DNA from: an uncultured Gammaproteobacteria bacterium
Lineage (GTDB): Bacteria; Pseudomonadota; Gammaproteobacteria; CAWCPV01
Direction: 5' to 3'
Length of the DNA: 64,000 nucleotides
NCBI GenBank assembly: GCA_963797555.1
Contig: CAWCPV010000004.1
Span: 672,001 to 736,000 of the forward strand
This document shows positions 42,879 to 54,899 of this stretch, piece by piece; positions within the stretch are counted from its first letter, which is position 1; each line of letters begins with the position of its first letter. The notes beneath the pieces were generated by a model that was given only the letters and a program-made list of their open reading frames with translations, had not been told where the DNA came from and did not search any database. A program made the translations under genes and the position numbers.

Positions 42879-45407
42879 TTATCGCTGCCAAAGGATGCGA
42901 GGGGCTTCGAGAGGCACCGCCACACCTTGATGGTGCGGTATCACCCGCGGGGTATAGTCCGCTGCGGGACGCGTCGCCGAGACCTGGGCGCTATAGAGGT
43001 AGCCGTTGACGGTCCCGGCCAGCGGTCGGTCGCGCGTCATCTCTTGCCGCACCGCATCGCCGCCGTTCATCCCATCGGCGTAGAGCTCCACACGCACCGC
43101 CTCCGGGCTGAGGTCGTCGAGATAGACCTGAACCTCGACTCGGTGCTGACCTTCTTCGGCAGCAACCGTTATTTCCCCGAAGCGCAGCTTCGCCCACTCG
43201 TGCTCGATAGCATGCTCCCAGCTCGCCATCTGCACGCCGCTCGCACCCTTATCCGCCGCGCGCTCGCGGTAAGCGGCCGCCGCCGGGAGGTAATAGTGCT
43301 CGGTATACTCGCGCACCGTGCGGTTGGCGGAGAAGCGCGGCGTGAGGCGCGCCATGCTGCTGCGCATGCGCGCGACCCAGGCCCTGGGAATGCCGCTCGC
43401 ATCGCGGGCATAGAATTCCGGAATCACCTCCTGTTCGAGCAGCGCATAGAGCGCGTCGGCCTCGACCGCGTCCCAGGCCGGGTCCTCGCCATGCTCCTTG
43501 CCGTCACCGAGCGCCCAGCCTACCTCCGGTGTGTAGGCTTCCGCCCACCAGCCATCCAGCTCCGACAGGTTGAGGCCGCCGTTCACCAGGACCTTCATGC
43601 CGCTGGTGCCGCTCGCTTCCCAGGGACGGCGCGGGGTGTTCAGCCAAACGTCCACCCCCTGCACCAGCCGCTCGGTCAGAAGCATGTCGTAGTCGCTGAG
43701 GAACACGACGCGGCTGCGCGCGCCGCCTTGGCGGATGAAATGCACCCACTCCTGGACCATGGCCTGGCCCGGCCGGTCCGCCGGATGGGCCTTGCCGGCG
43801 ATGATGAGCTGCACGGGACGCTTCCGATCGGTCAGAATGCGCAGCAAGCGCCACGGGTCGTGCAGCAGCAGGTTCGGCCGTTTGTAGGTCGCAAAGCGCC
43901 GGGCGAAGCCTAACGTCAGCGCATCGGGATCGAAGAGGTGCCGCGCTAGATCCACCTCCGCCGGGGATCCCATGGTAGCGGCGAGATCCTGGGACAAGCG
44001 TTCGCGGACGTACGCGATGAGCGCATGGCGGGCGGCGGCGCGAAGCTGCCAGAGCCGAGCGTCGGGGATGCGGCGTATATCCTCGTCAAGAGTCTCCATG
44101 GTGCCCCGCCAGCGGGCCTTGCCACAGTCCCTGGTCCAAAGGTCGTCGGCCTCCGCGGAGTCCCAGCTCGGCACGTGCACGCCGTTGGTCACGTGTCCCA
44201 CCGGCACCTCGTCTTCGGGCCAGCGTGGAAAGAGGGGCTGGAAGAGGCGCCGGCTCACCTGTCCATGCAGCCGGCTCACCCCGTTCACCGCCCCGCTCCC
44301 GTGCAGGGCCAGGTAAGCCATGGTGAAAGGCTCCGATGCATCGCCCGGACTCTGGCGGCCGAGGCCCAGCAGCTCGTGCAGCGGGATGCCGAGCCTGTCG
44401 CTCGCGTATCTCCCGAGGTATTGCTCCACCAGGGAGGGCCAGAACCGGTCGAAACCGGCGGCCACCGGTGTGTGGGTGGTGAACAGGTTGCCCGCGCGCG
44501 TCACGGAGAGCGCGACCTGGAAAGGCTGGCCGGTCTCTTCCATGAAGCTCCTGGCACGCTCCAGCACGGCGAACGCAGCATGGCCCTCGTTCAGGTGGCA
44601 AACCTCGGGCCTCACGCCAAGCGCTCCCAGCAGGCGCCATCCGCCGATCCCGAGCACCAGCTCTTGCTTGAGCCGCAGCTCTGGTCCGCCTCCGTAAAGC
44701 TCACTGGTGATCCCTCGATGGGCCGGATAATTCGCTGCATCGTTGCTGTCCAGGAGGTAGAGCGTCACGCGGCCCACCTGGACCTGCCAGGCGCGCAGCC
44801 ACACCGAGTAGCCGGGCAATGCCAGCTCCAGCCGCAGCCACTCCCCGTTCGGCTCGCGCACGGGCAGGATGGGCAACTGCCCAGGGTCGTTATAGGGAAA
44901 CAGGGCTTGCTGCGCCCCGGCCTTGTCGATCACTTGGCGGAAATAGCCCTGCTGGTAGAGCAGCCCCACGCCCACTACCGGCACGCCCAGGTCGCTCGCG
45001 GCCTTGAGCTGGTCGCCCGCGACGTTGCCGAGCCCGCCCGAATAGATAGGGAGGGCCTCGCTCAGCATGAATTCCATGCTGAAGTACGCGATGGCGGTCA
45101 GAGGGGCCTGTGCGTGCGCTTGTTGAAACCAGGCGGGCGACTCCGCCGCGTCGCGCTTGGCACGCAACAGGCTTTCGACCGTATCCCGGAAGGCTGCATC
45201 GGCCGATACGCGCTCGAGCCGATCCCGGGAGACGGTTTGCAGCACGACCCAGGGGTTGTGGGTGAGGTCCCACAGCACGGGATCGAGCTGCCTCCAAACT
45301 TCGTCGGCCGCATGGTTCCATGACCAGCGCAGGTCCAGGGCCAGATCGGCGAGCCCCTCGAGGCCCTGAGGCAATGGTGGCATGAGGTACCACGGTGAGA
45401 CCGTCAT
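42879..45407 (-). CDS. glgP: Alpha-glucan (glycogen) phosphorylase
   Basis: [40 protein letters not shown]. Confidence 0.94.
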   Translation of the reverse strand: MTVSPWYLMPPLPQGLEGLADLALDLRWSWNHAADEVWRQLDPVLWDLTHNPWVVLQTVSRDRLERVSADAAFRDTVESLLRAKRDAAESPAWFQQAHAQAPLTAIAYFSMEFMLSEALPIYSGGLGNVAGDQLKAASDLGVPVVGVGLLYQQGYFRQVIDKAGAQQALFPYNDPGQLPILPVREPNGEWLRLELALPGYSVWLRAWQVQVGRVTLYLLDSNDAANYPAHRGITSELYGGGPELRLKQELVLGIGGWRLLGALGVRPEVCHLNEGHAAFAVLERARSFMEETGQPFQVALSVTRAGNLFTTHTPVAAGFDRFWPSLVEQYLGRYASDRLGIPLHELLGLGRQSPGDASEPFTMAYLALHGSGAVNGVSRLHGQVSRRLFQPLFPRWPEDEVPVGHVTNGVHVPSWDSAEADDLWTRDCGKARWRGTMETLDEDIRRIPDARLWQLRAAARHALIAYVRERLSQDLAATMGSPAEVDLARHLFDPDALTLGFARRFATYKRPNLLLHDPWRLLRILTDRKRPVQLIIAGKAHPADRPGQAMVQEWVHFIRQGGARSRVVFLSDYDMLLTERLVQGVDVWLNTPRRPWEASGTSGMKVLVNGGLNLSELDGWWAEAYTPEVGWALGDGKEHGEDPAWDAVEADALYALLEQEVIPEFYARDASGIPRAWVARMRSSMARLTPRFSANRTVREYTEHYYLPAAAAYRERAADKGASGVQMASWEHAIEHEWAKLRFGEITVAAEEGQHRVEVQVYLDDLSPEAVRVELYADGMNGGDAVRQEMTRDRPLAGTVNGYLYSAQVSATRPAADYTPRVIPHHQGVAVPLEAPRILWQR

Positions 45408-45457
45408 GGGTCGCCCTCCTCGTCGGTGCAGCCGTGTTGCACCCGCCGGCGCTGGGC

Positions 45458-47122
45458 TCAGGGGGTGCGCTCAGGGACTGGCGCCGCGAGGGCGGCGTCG
45501 ACGATCGCCTGCGCCTCATCGAGGATGCGGCGCAGATGATCCTCGCCCCGGAAGCTCTCCGCATAGATCTTGTAGATGTCCTCTGTCCCCGACGGGCGCG
45601 CGGCGAACCATCCGCCCTCGGCGATCACCTTGAGCCCGCCGATGGGGGCGCCGTTGCCCGGTGCCTCGGTGAGGATGGTCTGGATTCTCTCGCCGGCGAG
45701 GTCGCTCAGTCGTACCTGCTCGGGAGAGAGTCTTTCCAGCCGCTCCTTCTGCGCCGGCGTGGCGGGCGCCTCCACCCGGTCGTAGAAGGGCTCCCCGAAT
45801 TCGCGCGTGAGCTCGCGGTAGACCTCTCCGGGATCGCGGCCCAGGCGCGCGGTGATCTCGGCCGAGAGCAGCGCCGGGACGATACCGTCCTTGTCCGTGG
45901 TCCACACCGTGCCGTCGAGCCGCAGGAAGGAAGCGCCTGCACTCTCCTCGCCCGCGAAGCCGAGCGAGCCGTCGAGCAGCCCCGCGACGAACCACTTGAA
46001 GCCGACCGGCACCTCGTACAGCTTGCGGCCAAGCTTCGCCGCCACGCGGTCGAGCATCTGGCTGCTCACCACGGTCTTGCCCACTGCCGTTTCCGAGCGC
46101 CACTGCGGGCGGTGCGAGAACAGATAGCGGACGGCGACCGAAAGGTAATGGTTCGGCGGTAGCAGGCCGGCGCTCCGGGTGACTATGCCGTGCCGGTCAT
46201 GGTCGGTGTCGCAGGCGAACGCGATGTCGAAGCGATCCTTGAGCCCGATCAGGCTCTGCATCGCGTAGGGCGAGGAGGGATCCATGCGGATCTTGCCGTC
46301 CCAGTCCACCGTCATGAAGCGGAAAGTCGGGTCGACGGCCTCGTTCACGACGGTGAGGTCGAGACCATAGCGTTCGGCGATCGACCCCCAGTAGTGCACG
46401 CCAGCACCGCCCAGCGGATCGACGCCGAGGCGGATCGCTGCGCCGCGGATTGCCTCCATGTCGATCACCGCGCCGAGATCGGCCACGTAGGCATCCAGGT
46501 ACCCGTGCCGATGGGTCGTGGGGGCGCGCAGCGCCTGCGGGAAAGAGACCCTTTTGACACCCTGCAGGCCGCCTTCCAGCAGCTCGTTCGCTACCGATTC
46601 GATCCGGCCGCTGACCTCGGGCTCTGCCGGTCCGCCATGGGACGGGTTGTACTTGAAGCCGCCGTCCTCGGGCGGATTGTGCGAGGGCGTGATCACGATG
46701 CCGTCCGCCAGTCCGGTCGCTCGTCCACGGTTGTAGGTCACGATGGCGTGGGAGACGGCAGGGGTCGGCGTGTATTCGTCGCCTGCCGCGATCATCACCT
46801 CGACTCCGTTCGCCGCGAGCACTTCGATCGCGCTCGCGAAGGCCGGAAAGGACAGCGCATGCGTGTCCCTGCCGAGAAAGAGCGGGCCGTCGTTGGCGTG
46901 CTGCGCGCGGTACAGGCAGATCGCCTGAGTGATGGCGAGGATATGCCGCTCGTTGAAGGCGCTTTCCAGCGAAGAGCCGCGGTGCCCCGAGGTGCCGAAT
47001 GCGATGCGCTGCGCAGGCACCGAAGGGTCGGGAGCCTCGGCGTAGTATGCCGTGACGAGCCTGGGCACATCGACCAGCATCGCGGGTCCGGCGGGCTTTC
47101 CTGCGAGAGGACTCACTTTCAT
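45458..47122 (-). CDS. pgm: Phosphoglucomutase
   Basis: FGTSGHRG, ITPSHNPP, CDTDHDRH, GEESAG, RPSGTE. Confidence 0.95.
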   Translation of the reverse strand: MKVSPLAGKPAGPAMLVDVPRLVTAYYAEAPDPSVPAQRIAFGTSGHRGSSLESAFNERHILAITQAICLYRAQHANDGPLFLGRDTHALSFPAFASAIEVLAANGVEVMIAAGDEYTPTPAVSHAIVTYNRGRATGLADGIVITPSHNPPEDGGFKYNPSHGGPAEPEVSGRIESVANELLEGGLQGVKRVSFPQALRAPTTHRHGYLDAYVADLGAVIDMEAIRGAAIRLGVDPLGGAGVHYWGSIAERYGLDLTVVNEAVDPTFRFMTVDWDGKIRMDPSSPYAMQSLIGLKDRFDIAFACDTDHDRHGIVTRSAGLLPPNHYLSVAVRYLFSHRPQWRSETAVGKTVVSSQMLDRVAAKLGRKLYEVPVGFKWFVAGLLDGSLGFAGEESAGASFLRLDGTVWTTDKDGIVPALLSAEITARLGRDPGEVYRELTREFGEPFYDRVEAPATPAQKERLERLSPEQVRLSDLAGERIQTILTEAPGNGAPIGGLKVIAEGGWFAARPSGTEDIYKIYAESFRGEDHLRRILDEAQAIVDAALAAPVPERTP

Positions 47123-48242
47123 CGTCCGATCTCCTGAAGCGGACGGAACGCGCGCGTGCCATCAGTCGTCGGTGCAGAGCGCCGCGCACGGTCGCAATTG
47201 TTTAGTGCCCAGACTTCCGGCGATCATATTTTCTCGCTGGAAATCTGGCTCTCGAATAGACTGCCATGGGCCGAATCTGACAGCGCCCGAACCTGACTTT
47301 GCCTTTTTCGTTCGTGAACTTGAACGTGTTCACGCCAAAATTACGATACCGTCCCGCAAGTTACGGGAGGCTGAACCTGCGTCTCCAGAAATGTCTTGGC
47401 AATGGCCGCCCAAATAGGTGTCGAGCGGCGTTGGCTTGGCGACACCAGGCCCTCTGGTCAGGTTATCCCCGCGAATCGTAAACTACGTCTTGCCGTCCAC
47501 GGCCCGACCGGATACCTTGAGGTTCATGGGCTGCAACTGCGCGACCTAGACGGCGTCCACCGCTGATCGTGAGGGGGAAAGCCGTGAGGGGGAAGGCATA
47601 GCGGCGATCGCCGCGGCAGCGAACAGTGTTCGAAGCACAGGTGCTTGCCGTGGGCCGCGCACGTTTTCAATAGCCGACATGACAGCTAAGAAGAATAGCA
47701 GGTCCGACGGGCCTGGCGCTGCCCACACCCGAAGGGCGAGGAAGCGACTAAGCCCATCAGCCCTGCGTCGTGCTCCCCCGATGATGATTTGGACGAGTCT
47801 GCAGGCCCCGCTGTTTCAGCATGCCTCCCGCGCGCGATGCCTGTACTTCCAATGGGGCGCACCCTGTGCGCCTGTGATCCTGCACTCGGCGGTGTGCCCG
47901 AGTCGGGCCCCGTAAATGGAACCGTCACGACACGGTAACACGGCACCCCCATACCAACCGGTTGTGCGCGCGGTGCGACGGGAGTGACGACCTCTGCGCG
48001 GGTTGCATCGGTTGGCGTAGACTCCTCGGGCCTTAGCCATCTCTCCAACGGATCACCGATACGCCGTCCGGAGAAGGTCACCACGCGGCCCAAGCCCAAC
48101 CCCTACGGTGGCAAACGTGTGCACGGCATGCCTCACGGCGAGCCAGGTCAAAGCGTCGACTCCCCGCACTGTTGCGGGAGCGGGCGCGTGCCTGACCGCA
48201 ACACCGTTCAACGCGGCCGTTCTCCCGCACCGGAGGAAGTGA

Positions 48243-49190
48243 ATGCTGAATGCCTTTGCGGTACGCGACGGGCGCCTCGAGCAGATGCGCGTCGAGCAGA
48301 TGGAGCATCTCACCGAGGAGGCCCTCTGGATCGATCTCGACAGCCCGAGCGACGACGAGCGCGAGTGGGTCGAGCAGGTCTACGGTCAATACCTGCCGAC
48401 TCCAGAGGAGATGGCCGAGATCGAGGCCAGCGCCCGCTTCTACGAAGACGAGCACGGGCTGCATATCCACTCGTATTTCCTGCACGACTTCGACGGCCAA
48501 CCGCGCAACATCACGATTGCCTTCACCTTGCACAACGGGCGGCTGTTCACGATCCACGAGGTCGACTTGGTGACGTTCCGCGTGTTTCGCATGCGCGCGC
48601 GGCGCCAACCCCACCTCGCGCAGGACGCGACTTCCGTGATGCTGGGGCTGTTCGAAGTCAAGGTGGAGCGGCTGGCCGACATCCTGGAGCAGCTCTATGC
48701 AGACCTCGAGAAGCTGAGCCTCGTCGTGTTCGGAGCGGCAGAAAGAGACATGGAGCAGGTGCTCTCTGCGATGGCCAAGAGCGAGGACACCAACGGCAAG
48801 GCGCGTCTCAGTTTGATGGACAAGCAGCGCGTGCTCTCCTTCCTGCTCAAGACCAACACGCTGAACGCCGTTCAGACCGAAGCGTCACGCGAAATCCTGA
48901 ACGACATCAAGTCGCTGATGTCGCACTCGGCGTTTCTGTTCGAGAAGGTCGATTTCCTCATGGAGGCGGCCATGGGCATCATCAATATCGAGCAGAACAA
49001 GATCATCAAGATCTTCTCTATCGCCGCGGTCGTGCTCCTGCCACCTACGCTCATCGCAAGCATTTACGGGATGAACTTCAAGCACATGCCGGAGCTGAGC
49101 GCGGACTGGGGTTACCCGGTGTCGCTGAGCCTGATGGTCCTGTCCGCCATCCTGCCCTACTGGTACTTCAAGAAGAAGCGCTGGCTCTGA
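48243..49190 (+). CDS. corA: Magnesium/cobalt transporter CorA
   Basis: EIEASARFYED, NIEQNKIIKIFS, YGMNF motif, two C-terminal TM helices. Confidence 0.95.
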   Translation: MLNAFAVRDGRLEQMRVEQMEHLTEEALWIDLDSPSDDEREWVEQVYGQYLPTPEEMAEIEASARFYEDEHGLHIHSYFLHDFDGQPRNITIAFTLHNGRLFTIHEVDLVTFRVFRMRARRQPHLAQDATSVMLGLFEVKVERLADILEQLYADLEKLSLVVFGAAERDMEQVLSAMAKSEDTNGKARLSLMDKQRVLSFLLKTNTLNAVQTEASREILNDIKSLMSHSAFLFEKVDFLMEAAMGIINIEQNKIIKIFSIAAVVLLPPTLIASIYGMNFKHMPELSADWGYPVSLSLMVLSAILPYWYFKKKRWL

Positions 49191-49244
49191 GCGCTGTGAA
49201 CAAAACTGTGGACAGATCTCCCTTCATTGGCAGTCGCGCGTCGT

Positions 49245-49345
49245 GGCCTTCCGCGCGCACCGGAGTGAAAATCACGTAGCGGCACAGCGCCAAGAGGTAG
49301 GCGTTTTGATCCAGGAGAATCGCCTCGTAGCGCCCGGACTCCTGA
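49245..49345 (-). pseudogene. REP-associated tyrosine transposase (RAYT-like) fragment
   Basis: GRYEAILLDQNAYLLALCRYVIFTPVRA matches the GRY.AIL...YLL.L.RY..LNPVRA pattern. Confidence 0.6.
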
Positions 49346-49352
49346 TGCCGCT

Positions 49353-52300
49353 TCAGGCGCCCCGACCGAGGTAGGCGCGCAGCTTCGGGGACGCGCTGCG
49401 CCGCAGCAGCGCGTTGCGAGCCTCCCACTCCGCCGCGCCGGCGAGGCTTTCGAAGAAGCGCACCTCCTTGGCCACCAGCGCGGCGAGGGGAATACCGTCG
49501 CGGTAGAGCACGCGGTTGGAGGTCAGGGCCGGGATGCGGGCACCGGGGGTGACGATGCCGGTGAGGTTGAGGGGATCGGCCGCGCTGATCGAGATCAGAT
49601 TCCCCTCCCCACCCTTGCGGCGCAGGTCGCGGAGCATTCCGACGGCCTCCACCAGAGCATACTGCTCGCCCGAGAACCCGCCCACGAAGCGCCCACCCCG
49701 GATCTCGCCGCGCGCCTCCAGGCGCCGGTAAGTACCCAGCAGGTCGCGCCAGGGCGGCAGCAGCGTCTCGCGCTCCAGCAGGCGGCGGAACACCACGCCG
49801 TAACGGCGCAGCAGCGCGCGGGCGACGTGTTCCATGTCTTGCGGGTCGAGGCACCTGGCGCCGGGAACGGGCGCTGCGGACGGCCTTGCCTCCGCCGGCC
49901 CGCCTGGCGGGATATCGGGCTCGGGGCGCAGCCTCACCCAGCGCCCGGCGTCCTCGACGCCGAAGGCGACGGTGCGTATCTTGCGCCGCCCGCCGGCGAT
50001 GAGCCGCCGCTGCTCTGAAGGCACCAGCAGCGCGCGCAGTCCGCTGAAGCTGTCGGCGCTCACCAGTCCCCAGGCGACGAGCTCTCCGAGGGCGCTCTCC
50101 GCCTGCGTGCGCAGCAGCCCCGTCCCCTCGACCAGCACCTCGAAGAAGGTGGCACCGTGCGCCGCCAGATAGTCGGCAACGGCCCGCGCGCCGGCGGACA
50201 GGCGCACATCGTCGGTTCCCCCGCCCTGCACCGCGAGTGCCTGCCAGAGCGGCAGGTTGCGGCGGTTCAGCAGCGCGATCGGCGTCGCCCGCACCGGCCC
50301 AGCGCTGCGCTCCTGTGCGGGTCGCGGAGGGGAAAGGCGTGCCCAGGCGATCCTACCGGAGAGACACAGGGTATCGAGCCAGGACGCGTCGTACTCCTTG
50401 AGCCGCGCGGGCAGGATCTCGCTCTCCCAGGCCACCGCCGGAGCCTCGAAGCCCTCGAGCTGCTCCAGCACGCCTCCCAGCCCGGACTGCGCCTCAGCCT
50501 GGTAGCCGGGCGCGACCCGCTGCCAGGCGAGCAGGAAGCGCATGAAATCCGCCGCCGAGACCGGCTCGATCTCCTGGCGCAGCCGGTGCAGCGTGTAGCG
50601 GTGGATGCGCGCGAGCAGTCCCCGCTCGCACCACTCCGTGTCGACGCGGCCCGGGGTGAACCGGCCACGCAGCACGAAACCCTCGGACTCCAGCGCGAGC
50701 AGCGCCGCTTCGATATCGCCCACAGGGAGACCGGCAGACCGGGCCAGGGCGGTGGCGGTGGTCGGTCCGAGCCCCTCCAGCCGACCGCGCAGCAGCTCGA
50801 CCAGCGCCTGCTCGCGAGTCCAGCCCTTGGCGAGGGCGGCGGGGGCGCCGATGGGCGGGTCCAGATCCGCGTCCCCGAACACGGCCGCGAGCTGCGGCAG
50901 CCGCTCCGCGGCCACCCAGAGCGGCGGGGCGTCACCAGCGCGATCGAGCACCGCGGCACGGCGTTCGGCCCCCAGCTCGCGCAGCAGTTCCGGCCAGCCA
51001 CTTTCGCGCTCCCCCTCTTCCGCGGTGACGAATCCCAGCAGCATCAGCGCATCGTGCAGCTCGTCCGCCGTGACCGCCTCGGGCCAGGCCTCGCCGCGCA
51101 CCCGCTCGATGGCCTCGGGATCGAGCGCTCCGAAGGCCGCTGCGGTATCGGGATCCAGCCAGCGGCGGCTCTGCACCGCCAGAGTGCGGCGCTCCTCCAG
51201 CGGGGCGTCGTCCAGAAAGGCGTAGGGCTTGGCGCTGAGGATCTCCTGGGCGAGCGGCGAGGGCTCCGGGAGGTCGCGTGTGACCACCCGGATCTCGCCG
51301 CCTTCCAGCCGCCGCAGGACGCCCTCCAGACCGTCGATGTCCATGGCTTCGGTGAAACAGTCGCGGATGGTCTGCCGCACCAGAGGATGGTCCGGAACCT
51401 CGCGCTGGCCGGCGGTGTTCTCGATGCAGGCGCGCTGATCGGGGAAAACCACGGACACCAGGTCCTCGGCATCCATGCGCTGCAGCCGGGCGGGCACCTT
51501 GCGGCCGTTGCGGAACCGCACCACCGCGAGTGCACAGCTCGCGTTCCACCGCCAGCGCACGGTGAACATGGGGGCATCCAGCAGCGCCTGCACCAGCACC
51601 TCGCGCACGCTGGAGGAGTGCAGGTAGCCCATCACCTCGTCCAGCGGGAAGCTGTGCGTCGCCCCGAGCGAGAGGATGATGGCGTCCTCCGTGGCCGCCG
51701 CCTGCAGCTCGAAGTTGAACTTGCGGCAGAAGCGCTTGCGCAGCGCCAGACCCCACGCGCGGTTGATGCGGTTGCCTAAGGGCGCGTGGATGACGAGCTG
51801 CATGCCGCCGCTCTCGTCGAAGAAGCGCTCCAGCACCAGCGTGTCCTGTGTGGGCATCGCGCCGAGCGCGCCCTGCGCGGCGGCGAGGTAGTCCACGAGC
51901 TGACTGGCGGCGCCAGGAGACAGGCCCGGGTCCTGCTCCAGCCCATGGATGGCAGCCTCTCGGGAAGCCGGGGTCCCGGCCCCCTCGCCCACGGCCTGCG
52001 CGATCCCGGTCCGCAGCCGCGACACCGCATGCGACAGCTCGCGGCTCCGCGCCGGCGCCTCGCCGAACCAGAACGGAATGCTGGGCGGCTGGCCGCGAGC
52101 GTCCTCGACCCTGACCTTGCCGCCTTCGATCTTGAGGATGCGCCAGGAGCTGTTGCCGAGCTGGAAGATATCGCCCGGCAGGCTCTCGATGGCGAAATCC
52201 TCGTTCAGCGTACCGATGAAGGTGCCGGCCGGCTCCAGCACCACGTCGTAGTCGGCGTTGTCGGGGATGGCCCCGCCGTTGGTGATGGCGATTAGGCGCG

Positions 52301-53750
52301 CGCCGCGCCGCCCGCGCAGCCTCCCGTTGACGGCATCGCGGTGGAGATAGGCGCCGCGCCGCCCGCGCCGGGTGGTGAAGCCCTCCGCCAGCATCTGGAC
52401 GACGCCCTCGAACGCCTCGCGCGGAAGCTCCCGATACGGATAGGCGCGGCGCACGCGCTCGTACAGGGCACCCTCCTCCCATTCCTCGCAGGCGACCATC
52501 GCGATCACTTGCTGCGCCAGGACATCCAGCGGCTGCGTGGGGATGGCAAGCCGGTCCAGCTCCCCGCGGCGCACCGCATCGAGCATGGCCGTGCACTCGA
52601 TCAGCTCGTCGCGGCTGAGCGGAAAGATGCGGCCCTTGGGCAGAGCGCCCACGGCATGGCCCGAGCGCCCGACGCGCTGGAGGAACTGTGCGATGGAGCG
52701 GGTGGAGCCGAGCTGGCATACGAGGTCGATGTCGCCGATGTCGATGCCGAGCTCCAGGGAGGCGGTCGCCACCAGCGCCCGCAGCTCGCCGGACTTGAGC
52801 CGCTGCTCGGCGAGCAGCCGCCGCTCCTTGGCCAGGCTGCCGTGGTGCGAGGTGACGTGCTGCTCGCCGATGCGCTCGCTGAGGTGCCGCGTCACGCGCT
52901 CCGCCATGCGCCGGGTATTGACGAACACCAGCGTGGTGCGATGAGCTTGGATCAGCTCGGCGAGGCGGTCGTACACCTCCGCGCGCACCTCGGCCGACAT
53001 CACCGCCTCCAGCGGGGAGCCGGGAACCTCGATGGCCAGATCGCGATCGCGGATATGGCCGGAATCGATGATTGCGCACTCCGACGAGGAGCTTGCGCTC
53101 CCCACCAGAAACCGCGCCACCTCCTCGACGGGATGCTGCGTGGCCGACAGCCCGATGCGTACCAGCCCCGGTCCGGTCAGAGCCTCCAGGCGCTCCAGCG
53201 TGAGCGCCAAGTGCGAGCCGCGCTTGGCTCCGGCGACGGCATGGATCTCGTCGACGATGACCGTGCGCGTCGTCGCCAGCATCCTGCGCCCGCCGTCGCT
53301 GGTAAGCAGGATATAAAGCGATTCGGGCGTGGTCACCACGATGTGCGGCGGGCGGCGCAGCATGGCCTGGCGCACCGCCGGGGGGGTGTCCCCGGTGCGC
53401 ACCAGGGTGCGGATGGCGACATCGGGATAGCCGCCCGCGGCCAGCTCCTGCCGGATGCCTTCCAGCGGAGCCTCGAGGTTGCGCTGGATGTCGTTGCTGA
53501 GCGCCTTGAGCGGAGAGACGTAGACGACCTGGGTGGCGTCGAGCAGCGTTGCGACCTCTCCCTGCCGCACCAGGTCGTCGATGGCGGCGAGAAACGACGC
53601 CAGGGTCTTGCCGGACCCGGTGGGGGCGGCGATGAGCGTGTGCCGCCGCGCCTGGATCGCGGGCCAGGCGGCAGTCTGCGGGGCGGTGGGCTGCGGGAAG
53701 TTCCTGCCGAACCAGGCAGCCACCGCCGGGTGGAAGGCGCGCAGTACCAT
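49353..53750 (-). CDS. lhr: Lhr-family DEAD/DEAH helicase (long form)
   Basis: [47 protein letters not shown]-terminal [19 protein letters not shown]. Confidence 0.92.
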   Translation of the reverse strand: MVLRAFHPAVAAWFGRNFPQPTAPQTAAWPAIQARRHTLIAAPTGSGKTLASFLAAIDDLVRQGEVATLLDATQVVYVSPLKALSNDIQRNLEAPLEGIRQELAAGGYPDVAIRTLVRTGDTPPAVRQAMLRRPPHIVVTTPESLYILLTSDGGRRMLATTRTVIVDEIHAVAGAKRGSHLALTLERLEALTGPGLVRIGLSATQHPVEEVARFLVGSASSSSECAIIDSGHIRDRDLAIEVPGSPLEAVMSAEVRAEVYDRLAELIQAHRTTLVFVNTRRMAERVTRHLSERIGEQHVTSHHGSLAKERRLLAEQRLKSGELRALVATASLELGIDIGDIDLVCQLGSTRSIAQFLQRVGRSGHAVGALPKGRIFPLSRDELIECTAMLDAVRRGELDRLAIPTQPLDVLAQQVIAMVACEEWEEGALYERVRRAYPYRELPREAFEGVVQMLAEGFTTRRGRRGAYLHRDAVNGRLRGRRGARLIAITNGGAIPDNADYDVVLEPAGTFIGTLNEDFAIESLPGDIFQLGNSSWRILKIEGGKVRVEDARGQPPSIPFWFGEAPARSRELSHAVSRLRTGIAQAVGEGAGTPASREAAIHGLEQDPGLSPGAASQLVDYLAAAQGALGAMPTQDTLVLERFFDESGGMQLVIHAPLGNRINRAWGLALRKRFCRKFNFELQAAATEDAIILSLGATHSFPLDEVMGYLHSSSVREVLVQALLDAPMFTVRWRWNASCALAVVRFRNGRKVPARLQRMDAEDLVSVVFPDQRACIENTAGQREVPDHPLVRQTIRDCFTEAMDIDGLEGVLRRLEGGEIRVVTRDLPEPSPLAQEILSAKPYAFLDDAPLEERRTLAVQSRRWLDPDTAAAFGALDPEAIERVRGEAWPEAVTADELHDALMLLGFVTAEEGERESGWPELLRELGAERRAAVLDRAGDAPPLWVAAERLPQLAAVFGDADLDPPIGAPAALAKGWTREQALVELLRGRLEGLGPTTATALARSAGLPVGDIEAALLALESEGFVLRGRFTPGRVDTEWCERGLLARIHRYTLHRLRQEIEPVSAADFMRFLLAWQRVAPGYQAEAQSGLGGVLEQLEGFEAPAVAWESEILPARLKEYDASWLDTLCLSGRIAWARLSPPRPAQERSAGPVRATPIALLNRRNLPLWQALAVQGGGTDDVRLSAGARAVADYLAAHGATFFEVLVEGTGLLRTQAESALGELVAWGLVSADSFSGLRALLVPSEQRRLIAGGRRKIRTVAFGVEDAGRWVRLRPEPDIPPGGPAEARPSAAPVPGARCLDPQDMEHVARALLRRYGVVFRRLLERETLLPPWRDLLGTYRRLEARGEIRGGRFVGGFSGEQYALVEAVGMLRDLRRKGGEGNLISISAADPLNLTGIVTPGARIPALTSNRVLYRDGIPLAALVAKEVRFFESLAGAAEWEARNALLRRSASPKLRAYLGRGA

Positions 53751-53791
53751 ACCGCATCAGTAAATCATTTATCGGGGATCGGGAGAAGAGG
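53673..53791. repeat. ~120-bp direct repeat (lhr 5' end and upstream), copy 1
   Basis: Near-identical to 55129-55247 with a few substitutions. Confidence 0.92.
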
Positions 53792-54004
53792 ACCGGCCGA
53801 GGAATGGCGGGGTGGGGCCATAATCGAGAGCAGGGTCAGCAACCTTGAACCTAAATTCGGCAGTTGACCGAGGCCATGAATCGCTTAAAGCCAGTATTGG
53901 TGCGGCATTCCGAGGCTTTCGAGCAGCTGCGGAGCAGTTACTTTTGGGTGATGCCCGAGTCATAAGGACGGGACGGGCGTGCCCTGGTCAAACAGTACGC
54001 GCAC

Positions 54005-54226
54005 TCAAGCGGAGGCCAGCGCGCTTTGCGCTGCATGTTCTAGAACGGCGCGCACTTGTTCGAGTGAAACGCCGGGAAACCATTGCACGAACTCGGCAAC
54101 CTGCGCACCGTCCTCCAAGTTCTCGAACAGCGCCGCTATGGGCACCCGCGTGCCGCGGAACACCCACGCCCCACTGACGCGCACCGGGTCCCGCTCCACG
54201 GCAGGACAAGTCGACCAATCAATCAT
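54005..54226 (-). CDS. DUF433 antitoxin; partner PIN toxin truncated after ~12 codons (MRVLFDQGTPVP)
   Basis: VERDPVRVSGAWVFRGTRVP..LFENLEDGA...EFVQWFPGVSLEQV. Confidence 0.85.
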   Translation of the reverse strand: MIDWSTCPAVERDPVRVSGAWVFRGTRVPIAALFENLEDGAQVAEFVQWFPGVSLEQVRAVLEHAAQSALASA

Positions 54227-54350
54227 GAGAAGATGGTAGCACTCCGCCTCTCGGATGGCTGTTATGAGAATAACGCCGGCGGACGGACACAGTCGCCACC
54301 AGCGCCCGCTGGTGAGCGCCGCCGGAGACCCAGGCCGCGCCAGTCATATC

Positions 54351-54493
54351 ATCCTAAAAAACGCAGTTGCCCTTCGAAATTGAGCTGAAAGCCTTATGTG
54401 GCGCGGCTTCCGGCGCGAAGACGCTAAATGCGGAGCAGTTGGAACAGTTCTTGATAAATCAGATACATACATTCCAACTGCCGTTTTTAGGAT
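54351..54493. repeat. MITE-like element with 19-bp imperfect terminal inverted repeats
   Basis: ATCCTAAAAAACGCAGTTG / CAACTGCCGTTTTTAGGAT (2 mismatches); related end at 53848-53866. Confidence 0.65.
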
Positions 54494-54559
54494 CATTCAC
54501 AAACCTAGCGCCGCGACGACCCCGACGCTCGCGCGGCGAAGCAATCGCCTTGCCGTTGG

Positions 54560-54685
54560 TTATGCGTACATCAACCGGCCTTTGGGCTGCGGGATCGGAC
54601 GACCAAGCTTGCGAGCCGCTGCGATCCGCTCCTCAATGACCTGCCGGGCGTTGGCCACAGCCTGCTCGTAGGTCTTGCCGTCGGC
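54560..54685 (-). pseudogene. HicB-like antitoxin C-terminal fragment
   Basis: ADGKTYEQAVANA.QVIEE.I..ARKLGRPIPQPKGRLMYA. Confidence 0.72.
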
Positions 54686-54870
54686 CAGCGGATGTGGGCG
54701 CGGCGCTACTTTGCGTGTAGCACGGGCAACGTGACGGACGACATGATCCAGGCTTACATCGAGGGTCATACCGAGACCGAAGATCGGTTTCAGGTAGTTG
54801 AGGGGGGCGACTTGGAGTCGCAATGAACCGCCTTGGGGCGGGTGGTTTGCAGCGGGCTTCAGCCGGAACC
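54685..54870 (+). mobile_element. IS200/IS605 TnpA C-terminal remnant with downstream hairpins
   Basis: Plus-strand frame MWARRYFACSTGNVTDDMIQAYIEGH; CGACT..AGTCG and GGCT..AGCC palindromes. Confidence 0.68.
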
Positions 54871-54899
54871 GGCACTTACAATGCCCAACTCAAGCCACA

